Source of the DNA: an uncultured Bacteroidales bacterium | GTDB taxonomy: Bacteria > Bacteroidota > Bacteroidia > Bacteroidales > UBA932 | Assembly (NCBI GenBank): GCA_946402945.1 | Contig: CAMIYB010000001.1 | Location: forward strand, 65,427-129,426 | Reading direction: 5' to 3' | Length of the DNA stretch: 64,000 nucleotides | Shown here: positions 37,000-46,727 of the stretch, piece after piece | Numbering within the stretch: the stretch's first letter is position 1 | How the letters are laid out: every line of letters begins with the position of its first letter | Position numbers and translations under genes: made by a program | Notes under the pieces: generated by a model | Seen by the model: only the letters and a program-made list of their open reading frames with translations | Databases searched by the model: none | What the model was told of the DNA's origin: nothing

Positions 37000-39072
37000 A
37001 TGAAAAAGATATTTTACGCATTTGTACTTTCCCTCGTAACGCTTGTCTCCTGCGTCGATCTGAACATCCCGCCGAAGGACATCGTGACGGACGACGACCT
37101 GATGAGCAACGAGGCCGGTCTGGCCATCTACATGGCCCGTCTTTACTCCAAAATGCCCTGGGAGGACTTTAAGTATATTCCCTGGAACGGCGGTTTCAGC
37201 GGGCAGTCCTGGCTGGGCTGTCTGGGCGTGGAAGGAACCGGCGAGGCGGTCTGCCGTGAAGGCAACAGCACTTCCTTTACTTCCGAATCGACCGCATGGT
37301 GGGGCCTGGCCTATACCCTGATCCGCAATGCCAACCACCTGATCGAGACCTTGCCCAATTACAAGGATAACTACCCGGAAGCGACCTTCAACGAATTCAT
37401 CGGCCAGGGTTATTTCGTGCGGGCCTATGCCTACACGCAGATGGCCAGGCGCTTCGGCGGCGTGCCCCTCGTCGATCACGAAATCGCCTATCCTTTCGAG
37501 GGCGACATCGAGGTGCCCCGCTCCACCGAGAAGGAGACCTGGGATTTCATCCTGGATGATTGGGACAGGGCCATCAGCCTGCTCCCGGCCAAGTCCACGT
37601 TCACCGATACGGCCAACAAGTATGCGGCCATGGCCTTCAAGGCGGAGGCGATGCTCTACGCCGGCAGCGTGGCCAAATACAATGACCAGGTGTCCGGCCG
37701 TCTGACCGGATTCGGCTCGAAGACGGGCGTCCGCGTCATGGGCTTTGCCAGCGAAGAGGCCCGCGTGGCGTCCAACAAGTATTTCGCCGAGGCCTACAAG
37801 GCCGCCCGCGACGTGATGGAATCCGGCATGTATTCCCTCTACCTCAAGTCCTGGAAGGAAGGGGACAGGGAGGCGCAGTACAAAAACATGAACGATATGT
37901 GGCGCGACCTGTCCTCCCCGGAGAACATTCTGGTCCGCGAATTCGAATATCCCATCGTTTCCCACGGTATCGACGCCTATTCCTCTCCCTTCATTTTCCG
38001 TATGCCGCTGTCGGCCGGCACCTGCCCGACCGAGGACCTGATGGAACTCTTCGACGGTTTCGACCGTTATGCCGACGGCACCATCCGTGTGACCGACGGG
38101 GAGGACCATACCAAGGGCAGTTATCTGCTCTTTGACAAGCCGATGGACTTCTTCGCCAATGCCGAGCCGCGTCTGCGTGCCTACGTCATTTTCCCGGGCG
38201 ACGAGTTCAAGCAGAAGGAGATCGAGGTGCGGATGGGTATCTACACCGGCCAGTTGCCCATCGCCCCGCTCAAGGCTGACTACTCCTATGCCACCAAGGG
38301 CTCGTTCTACCAGCATCAGGCGGCCTACAACAGCGCGACCAACAAGACGCTCTACCTGAGTCCGAATGTCAATACGGAAGAGGTGACGTATGTGGATGTC
38401 AATACCGGCAAGGAGGTCAAGACCTTTGCGGGCGGCGAGAACGGCCCCTTCTTCTCCAATGCCGAGGCCACGATGACGGGCCTGTACCTGCGCAAATACC
38501 TCGATCCCGACCGGATGCTGGAGGATATCGGCGAAGGCAAGTCCGACCAGCCGTTCATCCTGATGCGTTACGCCGAAGTGCTCCTGGCCGCCGCCGAAGC
38601 GGGTGTGGAGCTGTCCATCGCCGGACAGCCCTCCCCGGTGGCCGGCGACGATATGCTCCAGGTCGCGACGGAAGCCATCCGGGAGATTCAGCGCCGGGCC
38701 GGTGCGACCGTCATCACTGACAAACTGACGGCTACGGAGGCCAGCCGGGACATCGTCCGCAAGGAACGCCGCAAGGAACTCGCCTTCGAGCAGAAATCCA
38801 AGTGGGACATCCGCCGCTGGCGGGTCATCGACGAGTCCAACCGCGAAGGCTTCTGGGGCGTCCGGAAGGAATCCAAGTCCTGGAGCAATGGTAACTCCTT
38901 CGCTTTCAAGGGCATCTATCCCTTCTATTCGACCCAGGCCGGCAAGTGGTTCTTCGACATCAGCTTCGAGAACCGCAAGACCTTCGGATACACCACGCGG
39001 GATTATTATTTCGCCATTCCGGGTGGAGAAGTGAACAAGAGTAAGTACATTGACCAGCAACCCAACCGTTAA
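37000..39072 (+). CDS. susD: SusD/RagB lipoprotein
   Basis: Lipobox LVSC; FGGVP, MRYAEVLL..AEA and ERRKELAFE..WDIRRW. Confidence 0.95.
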   Translation: MKKIFYAFVLSLVTLVSCVDLNIPPKDIVTDDDLMSNEAGLAIYMARLYSKMPWEDFKYIPWNGGFSGQSWLGCLGVEGTGEAVCREGNSTSFTSESTAWWGLAYTLIRNANHLIETLPNYKDNYPEATFNEFIGQGYFVRAYAYTQMARRFGGVPLVDHEIAYPFEGDIEVPRSTEKETWDFILDDWDRAISLLPAKSTFTDTANKYAAMAFKAEAMLYAGSVAKYNDQVSGRLTGFGSKTGVRVMGFASEEARVASNKYFAEAYKAARDVMESGMYSLYLKSWKEGDREAQYKNMNDMWRDLSSPENILVREFEYPIVSHGIDAYSSPFIFRMPLSAGTCPTEDLMELFDGFDRYADGTIRVTDGEDHTKGSYLLFDKPMDFFANAEPRLRAYVIFPGDEFKQKEIEVRMGIYTGQLPIAPLKADYSYATKGSFYQHQAAYNSATNKTLYLSPNVNTEEVTYVDVNTGKEVKTFAGGENGPFFSNAEATMTGLYLRKYLDPDRMLEDIGEGKSDQPFILMRYAEVLLAAAEAGVELSIAGQPSPVAGDDMLQVATEAIREIQRRAGATVITDKLTATEASRDIVRKERRKELAFEQKSKWDIRRWRVIDESNREGFWGVRKESKSWSNGNSFAFKGIYPFYSTQAGKWFFDISFENRKTFGYTTRDYYFAIPGGEVNKSKYIDQQPNR

Positions 39073-39087
39073 AAAGGAGGCAGAAAT

Positions 39088-39903
39088 ATGAAAAAGACAG
39101 TTTTCCTTATTCTGGCGGCCGGCCTGACAGCGTTCGGGCTTTCCTCCTGCTCCTTCTTCGAGATTGACAATTATCCCGCTCCGCAGGAAACCATCCGGGG
39201 CTATATCACCGACGTGGCCACCGGCGAACCCGTCCTGACCGAACAGAACGGAAACGGCATCCGCGTCCGTCTGACGGAACTCAGTTACGGCGAGAACGTG
39301 ACCCACAATCCCGACTTTTATGCCCGGGACAACGGTTTCTACCAGCACACCAAGATCTTCAAGGGCAATTACAATGTGACCGTGGACGGTCCTTTCATCC
39401 CCATCGTGCGGAAAGCGCCCGACGGGACGGTCCTCTTCGACGGCTCCGTCACTTGTGATATCGAGGGTATTACCGAGGTCCATTTCCGCGTCCAGCCCTT
39501 CCTGAAGGTGGAAATCGTGGGTACGCCCGTCGTCAAGGGCGGCCAGATCCAGGCGCAGGTGCGGGTGACCCGCGCCGTATCGCCGGAGGCCTTCCGGAAC
39601 GCCATCGAACCGACCCAGTCCGAATACAAGGACGACCAGATGAACGTGACGGATGTCCGCCTCTTCGTGGGCTATTCCTCGACCTGCAACAGTTCCAATT
39701 CCTACACGGCCTGGTCCAACCAGATCGATTATGACGGCGCCGCCTTCGAATCGCATCTCGGAGAGTTGATCGACATCACTTCCCGCGGGACCATCAAGTC
39801 GAACCGGAAAGTGTTCATCCGCGCCGCGGCCCGCATCAACTATGCGACCGAGGGCACCCGCCGCTACAATTATTCTGAAGTCGTCGAGGTCAACATCCCG
39901 TAA
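39088..39903 (+). CDS. DUF3823-domain lipoprotein
   Basis: Lipobox LSSC; DNYPAP..TIRG.ITD..TGE, IF.G.Y...GPF and F.VQPFL; directly after susD. Confidence 0.8.
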   Translation: MKKTVFLILAAGLTAFGLSSCSFFEIDNYPAPQETIRGYITDVATGEPVLTEQNGNGIRVRLTELSYGENVTHNPDFYARDNGFYQHTKIFKGNYNVTVDGPFIPIVRKAPDGTVLFDGSVTCDIEGITEVHFRVQPFLKVEIVGTPVVKGGQIQAQVRVTRAVSPEAFRNAIEPTQSEYKDDQMNVTDVRLFVGYSSTCNSSNSYTAWSNQIDYDGAAFESHLGELIDITSRGTIKSNRKVFIRAAARINYATEGTRRYNYSEVVEVNIP

Positions 39904-42050
39904 TGAGAAAGTTCCTTCCGTACATCTTCGCCGCATCCCTCCTGCTGTCCTGCGCGACACCCGGGAGGGATGTCGCTTACAAGACCAATTTCCAGGTTGC
40001 AACGCCCTGGCGGCCTTCCATCGATGTCCGCGCTGACGCCGTCATGGTCTATGGCGTGGGCGGCAATCCCTCCGAACGCGGGGAACATGCCTCTTTCGAG
40101 CGGCGGGTCCGCTCCTGGAAGGAGCATGGATACGAAACCCATTTCATGACCGGCATCGCCTGGGGAAGTTACCAGGACTATTTCACCGGTGCCTGGGACG
40201 GAACGCCGCATCTGGACGAGGGCCAGGTCAGGCAGAACGGCGACACCGTCTGGCACGGGCACATGGTCCCGTACATCGTCCCGACCCGGAACTACCTGGA
40301 CTATTTCAAAGAGCGGGTGATCCGCCGGGTCATCGATGCCGGCATCGACCATATTTTCCTCGAGGAACCGGAATTCTGGGCTTTCTCGGGTTACAGCGAG
40401 TCCTTCAAGCGCGAATGGGAGGAGTATTACGGCTTCCCCTGGCGTCCGCAGCATTCCTCGCCCGAGGCGACCTGGCTCTCGAACAAACTCAAATACCATC
40501 TCTATTACAGGGCCCTGGACGAGACCTTCTACTTCGCCAAGGAGTACGGCCGGTCCAAAGGCCTGGATGTCAAGTGCTATGTCCCGACGCATTCCCTGCT
40601 CAGTTATACCCAGATCCGGATGGTGAGCCCGGAGGCCTCGCTGTCTTCGCTCAGCAGCGTGGACGGATACATCGCACAGGTCTGGACCGGCACTTCCCGC
40701 GGCCCCAACTTCTACGAGGGGCGCCGGGCCGAGCGGGTGTTCGAGATGGCTTATCTGGAGTACGGCTGCATGCAGTCGATGGTGGCGCCGACCGGCCGCC
40801 GCGTCTGGTTCCTGACCGACCCGATCGAGGACTGGCCGCGCGACTGGGAGGACTACCACCGCAACTACCATGCGACCTACGTGGCGCAGATGCTCTATCC
40901 CGACATCGCCGACTATGAAATCATGCCCTGGCCCAACCGCATCTACGAGGGCCTGTACCGTCGCAGCCCGGATAGCGAGGAGCGGATCCACATCCCGCGC
41001 GACTACGCCACGATGATGCAGGTGATGACGGGTGTCTCGCAGCAGATGCCGCTTTCTTCCAACCAGGTCAGCGGCTCCCACGGGGTCCATGTCCTGATGG
41101 GCAACTCCCTGATGTTCCAGTCTTTCCCGCAGCATGACGGCTACCGCGACCCGGACCTGTCCAATTTCTTCGGCCTGGCGATGCCCCTGGTCAAACGGGG
41201 CGTCCCGGTGGGCATCAGCCACATCGAGAACCTGGGATACAAGGAAGCCCTTCGCGACGTCAAGGTGCTCCTGATGACCTATTCCAACATGAAACCCATG
41301 GACCCGCAGGCCCATACCTGCCTTGCCGACTGGGTGCGCCGGGGCGGCCGCCTGCTGTATTGCGGCACCGATACCGACCCCTTCCAGTCCGTGATGGAGT
41401 GGTGGAATACGGGCGAGAATCATTTCGCGGCCCCTTCCGACCACCTGTTCGGCCTGATGGGGATTCCTGCCGGGGCCCCGGAAGGGGAATATGCCTGGGG
41501 GCGGGGGAGCGTGACCATCGTGCGGAAGGATCCGAAGGCCTTCGTGCTGCGGAAAGGCGGCGCCCAGGCCCTGTTCACGATTGTGGACCGTCTCTATGGC
41601 GGCCTGCAGCAGAAGCATCATTTCCGGCTGGACCGCGGTCCCTACACGCTCGTGGCCGTGATGGACGAAAGCGTCAGCGACGCACCGCTCCATCTGGACG
41701 GAACCTTTATCGACCTCTTCGACCCGGCCCTGCCGGTCTATGAAGGCTGCGATGTCCTTCCGGGAACCCAGCGCCTTTTCTATGACCTCTCCCGGGCGGG
41801 GAAAGCCCCGAGGATACTCGCTACGGCCGGGCGTGCCTATGAGGAACGCGCCTCCCGCCGCAATTATTCCTGCACGGTCAAGGCGCCGGCCGGGACCGCC
41901 AACGCAACACGGCTCCTGCTGCCCGCAGCGCCCTCCCAGGTGCTTGTGAACGGGGTCGCCGCGGAAGGGGAGTGGGATGAAAAAAGCCGCACCCTCCTGC
42001 TTCGTTTCGAAAACGATCCGGAGGGCGTGGAACTTTCTGTCAGTTGGTAA
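39903..42050 (+). CDS. Conserved PUL hypothetical lipoprotein, putative glycoside hydrolase
   Basis: Aromatic-rich TIM-barrel-like region (IFLEEPEFW, DGYIAQVWTGT) followed by a trimerisation/GATase-like segment (LADWVRRGGRLL). Confidence 0.65.
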   Translation: MRKFLPYIFAASLLLSCATPGRDVAYKTNFQVATPWRPSIDVRADAVMVYGVGGNPSERGEHASFERRVRSWKEHGYETHFMTGIAWGSYQDYFTGAWDGTPHLDEGQVRQNGDTVWHGHMVPYIVPTRNYLDYFKERVIRRVIDAGIDHIFLEEPEFWAFSGYSESFKREWEEYYGFPWRPQHSSPEATWLSNKLKYHLYYRALDETFYFAKEYGRSKGLDVKCYVPTHSLLSYTQIRMVSPEASLSSLSSVDGYIAQVWTGTSRGPNFYEGRRAERVFEMAYLEYGCMQSMVAPTGRRVWFLTDPIEDWPRDWEDYHRNYHATYVAQMLYPDIADYEIMPWPNRIYEGLYRRSPDSEERIHIPRDYATMMQVMTGVSQQMPLSSNQVSGSHGVHVLMGNSLMFQSFPQHDGYRDPDLSNFFGLAMPLVKRGVPVGISHIENLGYKEALRDVKVLLMTYSNMKPMDPQAHTCLADWVRRGGRLLYCGTDTDPFQSVMEWWNTGENHFAAPSDHLFGLMGIPAGAPEGEYAWGRGSVTIVRKDPKAFVLRKGGAQALFTIVDRLYGGLQQKHHFRLDRGPYTLVAVMDESVSDAPLHLDGTFIDLFDPALPVYEGCDVLPGTQRLFYDLSRAGKAPRILATAGRAYEERASRRNYSCTVKAPAGTANATRLLLPAAPSQVLVNGVAAEGEWDEKSRTLLLRFENDPEGVELSVSW

Positions 42051-42067
42051 TTCCCGGTTTTACGGGA

Positions 42068-43474
42068 TTAGACGGAAAGGCTGTTGAGCAGGTCGAGTTT
42101 TCCGTCATCCAGCAATTTCAGGATCAGTTCCCCGAAGAGGGTGTTCTGCCAGGCGAACCATTCCCGGGTGAAGTTGGAAGCGTCGTCCTTGTGGAATGAC
42201 TCATGGATGAAGCCTGTCCCGGCATCGGTGCGCAGAAGCATCTCCAGGCAGGCTTTGATTTCGGCGTCATCCGTGGAGGTGAAGGCCCGCATCATGATGC
42301 TCATGGGCCAGATCATGTCGTAGCCGATGTGGGGGCCGCCGATGCCCTCGCCGGCCTTCCCGCGGAAGAAATACGGGTTGTCCGGACTCCAGACGAATTT
42401 GCGCGTGCGGCGCCAGATGCGGTCGGTCTCTTTCACGTCGCCCAGATAAGGCATGGCCAGCAGACTGGGGACGTTGGCGTCGTCCATCATCAGCGCATTG
42501 CCGAAGCCGTCCACCTCGAAGGCGTAGATTTTCCCGTATTTGGGATGCCTGACCACGGCGTGTTTCTTCAGGGCTTTCTCCACTTCCGTGGCCAGGTCGC
42601 GGCAGTCGCGGGCCAGGTCGCGGCGCCCGTTGACCGTCTCCAGGATTTCGGCGGCCTTGCGCAGCGAGGTGACGGCAAAGAAGTTGGACGGGATGAGGAA
42701 TTCGAAGGTCGTGGCGTCGTCAGAGGGGCGGAAGGCCGATGCGATCAGGCCGACGGGACGGACGGGGTTGCCGAGGCCGTGGTTGGATTTGGTGTCCAGT
42801 TGGGCGGTCGTTTCCCGCTGGAAATAGTAGGGGCCGTGTCCCTGCTTGCGCTGCTGCTCGCGGAAAGTCAGCAGTGTACGGGTGATACTGCGAAGCCAGA
42901 TGTCACCGAAGATGCTGCTGTCGCCGGTGGTCTTCCAATAATGATAGGCCAGGCGGATGGGGTAGCAGTGGGAGTCTATTTCCCATTTGCGCTCGTGCAG
43001 GTTGGGATTCATCTGGGTGCGGTCGCTCTGCCAGCCGGTGCCGGTCGGGCCGTCGTTGAAGGCATTGGCATAGGGGTCGATCCCGATGAGGGAAAACTGG
43101 CACAGGATGACGCCCTTGAGCATTTCCTTCAGGGCCGGGTCCTTTCCGGCGAGCCGGACATAGGGCCAGACCTGGGCGCCGGAGTCCCGCAACCACATTG
43201 CGTGGATGTCTCCCGTATAGACGAAGGTGCGCGGGTTTCCGTCCTTGTCCTTTCCGAAATGGACGGTGGTGTCGAGGGTGTTCGGGAAACAGTTCGCGAA
43301 CATCCAGGCGAGTTTCGGGTTCTGCAACTGCGCGGTAACTTCGGCGATCGTCGCCTCGACGGCCTCGCTGGTAAACAGGCGGTCGGCGGGGGCGGGCCGG
43401 CAGGAAACATAGTTCTGGGCGGCGGCGGAAAGGGTCAGCGCGGCACCGCACAGCAAAAGGATCAGTTTCTTCAT
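42068..43474 (-). CDS. GH125 exo-alpha-1,6-mannosidase
   Basis: NCFPNTLDTT, TGDIHAMWLRDS, ERKWEIDS, FRPSDD, MDDANVPSLL, GGPH, HESF and FTREWFAW. TATCTTTG promoter at 43502-43509. Confidence 0.95.
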   Translation of the reverse strand: MKKLILLLCGAALTLSAAAQNYVSCRPAPADRLFTSEAVEATIAEVTAQLQNPKLAWMFANCFPNTLDTTVHFGKDKDGNPRTFVYTGDIHAMWLRDSGAQVWPYVRLAGKDPALKEMLKGVILCQFSLIGIDPYANAFNDGPTGTGWQSDRTQMNPNLHERKWEIDSHCYPIRLAYHYWKTTGDSSIFGDIWLRSITRTLLTFREQQRKQGHGPYYFQRETTAQLDTKSNHGLGNPVRPVGLIASAFRPSDDATTFEFLIPSNFFAVTSLRKAAEILETVNGRRDLARDCRDLATEVEKALKKHAVVRHPKYGKIYAFEVDGFGNALMMDDANVPSLLAMPYLGDVKETDRIWRRTRKFVWSPDNPYFFRGKAGEGIGGPHIGYDMIWPMSIMMRAFTSTDDAEIKACLEMLLRTDAGTGFIHESFHKDDASNFTREWFAWQNTLFGELILKLLDDGKLDLLNSLSV

Positions 43475-43563
43475 TTTTGTGAATCAGCTATTTCGGTCTG
43501 ACAAAGATATGCAAAAAAAGATTGCCATAAAAGAGTTTGCTGTCAGGACCCGCTGGCGCCGCG

Positions 43564-43595
43564 TTTGCATTTCCGCCCGAAGATGCGTAAATTAG
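43564..43595 (+). promoter_or_regulatory. -33/-7 promoter (TTTG-N20-TAAATTAG), 4 nt before ATG 43600
   Basis: Consensus spacing, with one mismatch in the -7 element. Confidence 0.5.
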
Positions 43596-43599
43596 CAGA

Positions 43600-44742
43600 A
43601 TGAAACGAATTCTGCTCCTTCTTTTTCTGCTTGCCTTTGCGGCCTCGTGCCGGCAGGCCCCGCTGCAGGGCGGTGACTGGAACCCGCCGGTGCGGGAGGC
43701 CCTGCAGGCGTTGATCCGGACGGCCGCCGCCGGGGATGATGTCTCCCGGGCCCGGTCCTACGCCGTCTTCGACTTCGACAACACCACCCTCATCGGCGAC
43801 ATCGAACTCGAGACGCTGGCCTATCAGATCACCCATCTGCGTTTCAGCATCCCGCCGGACGCCTTCTACAGGACCCTCCTGGCCTGCGTCCCGAACATCG
43901 ACGCCCCGCTCGAAGGCTTGGATGCCGTCAGCGCCCGGATGCTGGCCACAGACCTTCTGAACGACTATCTCTATCTCTACGACCATTATATCGGGGCGGC
44001 TGAAAAAGAAGACCTGGACGCCATCCGGAAGACTCCGGACTACGCCGACTTCCGCGCGAAACTCTGGGCCCTTTCGGCCGCGGTGGACGCGACCTTCGGC
44101 TACGATGTCGGCTGCCTCTGGATCCTCCGCATGTACGACGGGATGGACAAGCGGGAAATCGCCGCGCTCGTCCGGGAAGCGGCTGTGGCGGGCCTGGAGC
44201 GCCCGCGCATCGACACGGAAACCTGGACCAGCCCCGACCTGGGCGAGGCCGGCGTCGTCCGTGCGACGGTCAGTCTGGGCCTGGGACTCACCCCGGAGAT
44301 GAAGGAACTCTACCGCGCCCTGCAGGAGAGCGGCATCACGGTGTACATCTGCTCCGCCTCCATGGAGGAAGTGGTCGCCGCCGTCGCCTGTGACCCGGCC
44401 TTCGGACTGGAACTGCCCCGCGAGCGGGTCTATGGCCTCCGCATCAGCGGCGGCCAGTATGCCCCCGGCTATCCCCATTCCCACCATGAGGGCAAGGTGG
44501 AGGTCATCCGGAAATACATCGCTCCCCGGCACGGCGGCGCGGATCCGCTGCTGGTGGCCGGCGACAGCGAAGGGGACTACGACATGCTGACGGCCTTCGA
44601 CGGCATGCAGGTCGGCCTGCTGCTGAACTGCGGCCGCAAGGACGATTTCGGACGCTTCGTCGAGGAAGCCCGTCCGCCCTATGTGGTCCAGGGCCGCGAC
44701 CTCTCCCGCAAACAGTACCTGCGCAGTGATAAATCAAAATAG
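43600..44742 (+). CDS. HAD-superfamily phosphatase lipoprotein
   Basis: Lipobox AASC; motif I FDFDNT, motif II CSAS, motif III GK, motif IV GDSEGD. Confidence 0.88.
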   Translation: MKRILLLLFLLAFAASCRQAPLQGGDWNPPVREALQALIRTAAAGDDVSRARSYAVFDFDNTTLIGDIELETLAYQITHLRFSIPPDAFYRTLLACVPNIDAPLEGLDAVSARMLATDLLNDYLYLYDHYIGAAEKEDLDAIRKTPDYADFRAKLWALSAAVDATFGYDVGCLWILRMYDGMDKREIAALVREAAVAGLERPRIDTETWTSPDLGEAGVVRATVSLGLGLTPEMKELYRALQESGITVYICSASMEEVVAAVACDPAFGLELPRERVYGLRISGGQYAPGYPHSHHEGKVEVIRKYIAPRHGGADPLLVAGDSEGDYDMLTAFDGMQVGLLLNCGRKDDFGRFVEEARPPYVVQGRDLSRKQYLRSDKSK

Positions 44743-44746
44743 TTCC

Positions 44747-45850
44747 ATGGAATCTCTTGCATCCGTCGCCCGGCGTTTTGCCCTCGAAGGCGACATCGTG
44801 GACATCCGCCCCCTGGGCAACGGCCTGATCAACGACACCTTTAAGGTGACGACGGCCGGCAGCGCCCCGGACTATGTCCTCCAGCGTATCAATCACGCCA
44901 TCTTTCCCGACGTCTCCCTGCTCCAGGCCAATATCGAGGCCGTTACGCGGCACATCCGCGCCAAACTCGAAGCGGCGGGGGAGGACGATATCGACCGCAA
45001 GGTGCTCCGTTTCCTTCCCCGCACGGACGGCCCGCAGACCTGGGTCCAGGACGGGGGACAATACTGGCGCGTCTCCGTCTTCATCCCCGATGCCAGGACC
45101 TTCGAGACCGTCGATTCGACCTACTCCGCCTTCGCCGGCGAAGCCTTCGGCCGCTTCGAGGCCATGCTCTCCGACCTGCCGGACGCCCTGGGGGAGACCA
45201 TCCCCGATTTCCACAACATGGAACTGCGCCTGCACCAACTCCGGGAGGCCGTCGCCGCCGACAGGGCATCCCGCGTGGACCTTCCGGAAAGCCGCCGCAT
45301 CCTCGAGGACATGGCTCGTTATGCCGGGCGGATGTGCCGTGCCGAGCGGCTACACCGGGACGGCGTCCTGCCCAAGCGGATCTGCCATTGCGACACGAAA
45401 GTCAACAACATGCTCTTCGACGCTGACGGGAAAGTGCTGTGTGTCATTGATTTGGATACCGTGATGCCGGCCTTTGTCTTCTCGGATTTCGGCGATTTCC
45501 TCCGCACGGCGGCCAACACCCTGCCGGAAGACGACCCGCAGGTGGACGGCGTGGATTTCCGCATGGATATCTTCGAGGCCTTCACCCGCGGCTACCTGCG
45601 CGGCACGGCTTCCTTCCTGACGGATGTGGAACGGGACAATCTGCCCTTTGCCGCCTGCCTGTTCCCCTTCATGCAGGCCGTCCGCTTCTTTGCGGACTAC
45701 CTCGGCGGCGACAGCTATTACAAAATCCGTTATCCGGAACACAACCTGGTGCGGACCCGCAACCAGATGCGCCTCTTCCACAGCGCCCTCTCCAAGGTCC
45801 CGCAGATGGAGGCGTTCATCGCCGCTCAATCCCGGTGCGCGTCCAGGTAG
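44747..45850 (+). CDS. APH-fold sugar kinase (N-acetylhexosamine 1-kinase-like)
   Basis: Start MESLAS at 44747; GNGLINDT, LQRIN, ETIPDFH, HCDTKVNN, VIDLDTVMP and DFGD. Confidence 0.88.
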   Translation: MESLASVARRFALEGDIVDIRPLGNGLINDTFKVTTAGSAPDYVLQRINHAIFPDVSLLQANIEAVTRHIRAKLEAAGEDDIDRKVLRFLPRTDGPQTWVQDGGQYWRVSVFIPDARTFETVDSTYSAFAGEAFGRFEAMLSDLPDALGETIPDFHNMELRLHQLREAVAADRASRVDLPESRRILEDMARYAGRMCRAERLHRDGVLPKRICHCDTKVNNMLFDADGKVLCVIDLDTVMPAFVFSDFGDFLRTAANTLPEDDPQVDGVDFRMDIFEAFTRGYLRGTASFLTDVERDNLPFAACLFPFMQAVRFFADYLGGDSYYKIRYPEHNLVRTRNQMRLFHSALSKVPQMEAFIAAQSRCASR

Positions 45851-46716
45851 GCGCCGACGAGGGCGTGGAGCTGCTTGCGGGCTGAGGCGGCGTTGAAGGT
45901 GTGGCCGACGCCCGGCAGCACCTGGTAGTCCACGTGCCGGAACTCGTCCGCCGCCTTGTCGGCGTAGGACTGCGGCACGATGTCGTCCGCGGCGCCCTGG
46001 ATCAGCAGCACGTCGCCGTCGTAGCGGGAGAGCCACTTGTAGGGGTTGAGGTTGCGGATGTCGGTGAAATAGCGGCGTCCCACGACCATGGACACGAAGT
46101 TGGTGCTGTCGGCGATGTCCTTGACCTTGGGATAGCGCTCGCGGCCGACATCGGGCAGGTTGAAGGCCGGGGCGATCAGGATCATTCCTTCCACCTCGCG
46201 GCGGAACGAGGAACCCACGAGCCCTGCCACCAGACCTCCCTGGCTATGCCCCATGAGGAAGACCTTGCCTTTGTCGGTGAAGGACTCCTTGCGGATGCGC
46301 TGGAGCACCAGTTCAAGGTCCTTGCGCTCGGTCTCGACCGACATGCCTTCGGGCAGTTCGGTGCTCCGGCTCCGGGGGCCGCCGCTGCGGAAATCGAAGG
46401 TGTAGGCCACATATCCTTTACTGGCGGCCAGGCGGCAGAGGGCGTCGCTTTCGTCGCCGTTCTGTCCCAGACCATGGCAATAGATGAGCACCGGCTTGCG
46501 TCCGAGGGTGTCCTGCGGCATGTAGGCCTTGCCGTAGATCTTGCTCAGACCTTCGTAGAAACTCATTTCCTCGATGTGGATGGCCGTGCCGTCAGAGGAT
46601 TTGACGACCTTGCGCGGAGACTGGTCGGCCAGATAGGTCTTGACGCCGAAAATGCCGCCGCCCACGAGGAGGGCGACTACCGCGATGCCGATGCCGGCTT
46701 TTATTCCTTTTTTCAT
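45826..46716 (-). CDS. Alpha/beta hydrolase (esterase, feruloyl-esterase-like)
   Basis: HGLG oxyanion motif, GHSQGG nucleophile, D..VP and GVGH; N-terminal TM anchor. Confidence 0.88.
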   Translation of the reverse strand: MKKGIKAGIGIAVVALLVGGGIFGVKTYLADQSPRKVVKSSDGTAIHIEEMSFYEGLSKIYGKAYMPQDTLGRKPVLIYCHGLGQNGDESDALCRLAASKGYVAYTFDFRSGGPRSRSTELPEGMSVETERKDLELVLQRIRKESFTDKGKVFLMGHSQGGLVAGLVGSSFRREVEGMILIAPAFNLPDVGRERYPKVKDIADSTNFVSMVVGRRYFTDIRNLNPYKWLSRYDGDVLLIQGAADDIVPQSYADKAADEFRHVDYQVLPGVGHTFNAASARKQLHALVGAYLDAHRD

Positions 46717-46727
46717 AGCCTGGGGGA

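Noticed and set aside
33600-40002. 1104-aa and 1018-aa minus-strand ORFs
   Set aside because: Antisense to susC, susD and DUF3823, which carry clear family motifs.
44747-45850. Aminoglycoside phosphotransferase resistance gene
   Set aside because: Motifs match the NahK-like sugar kinase branch of the APH fold.
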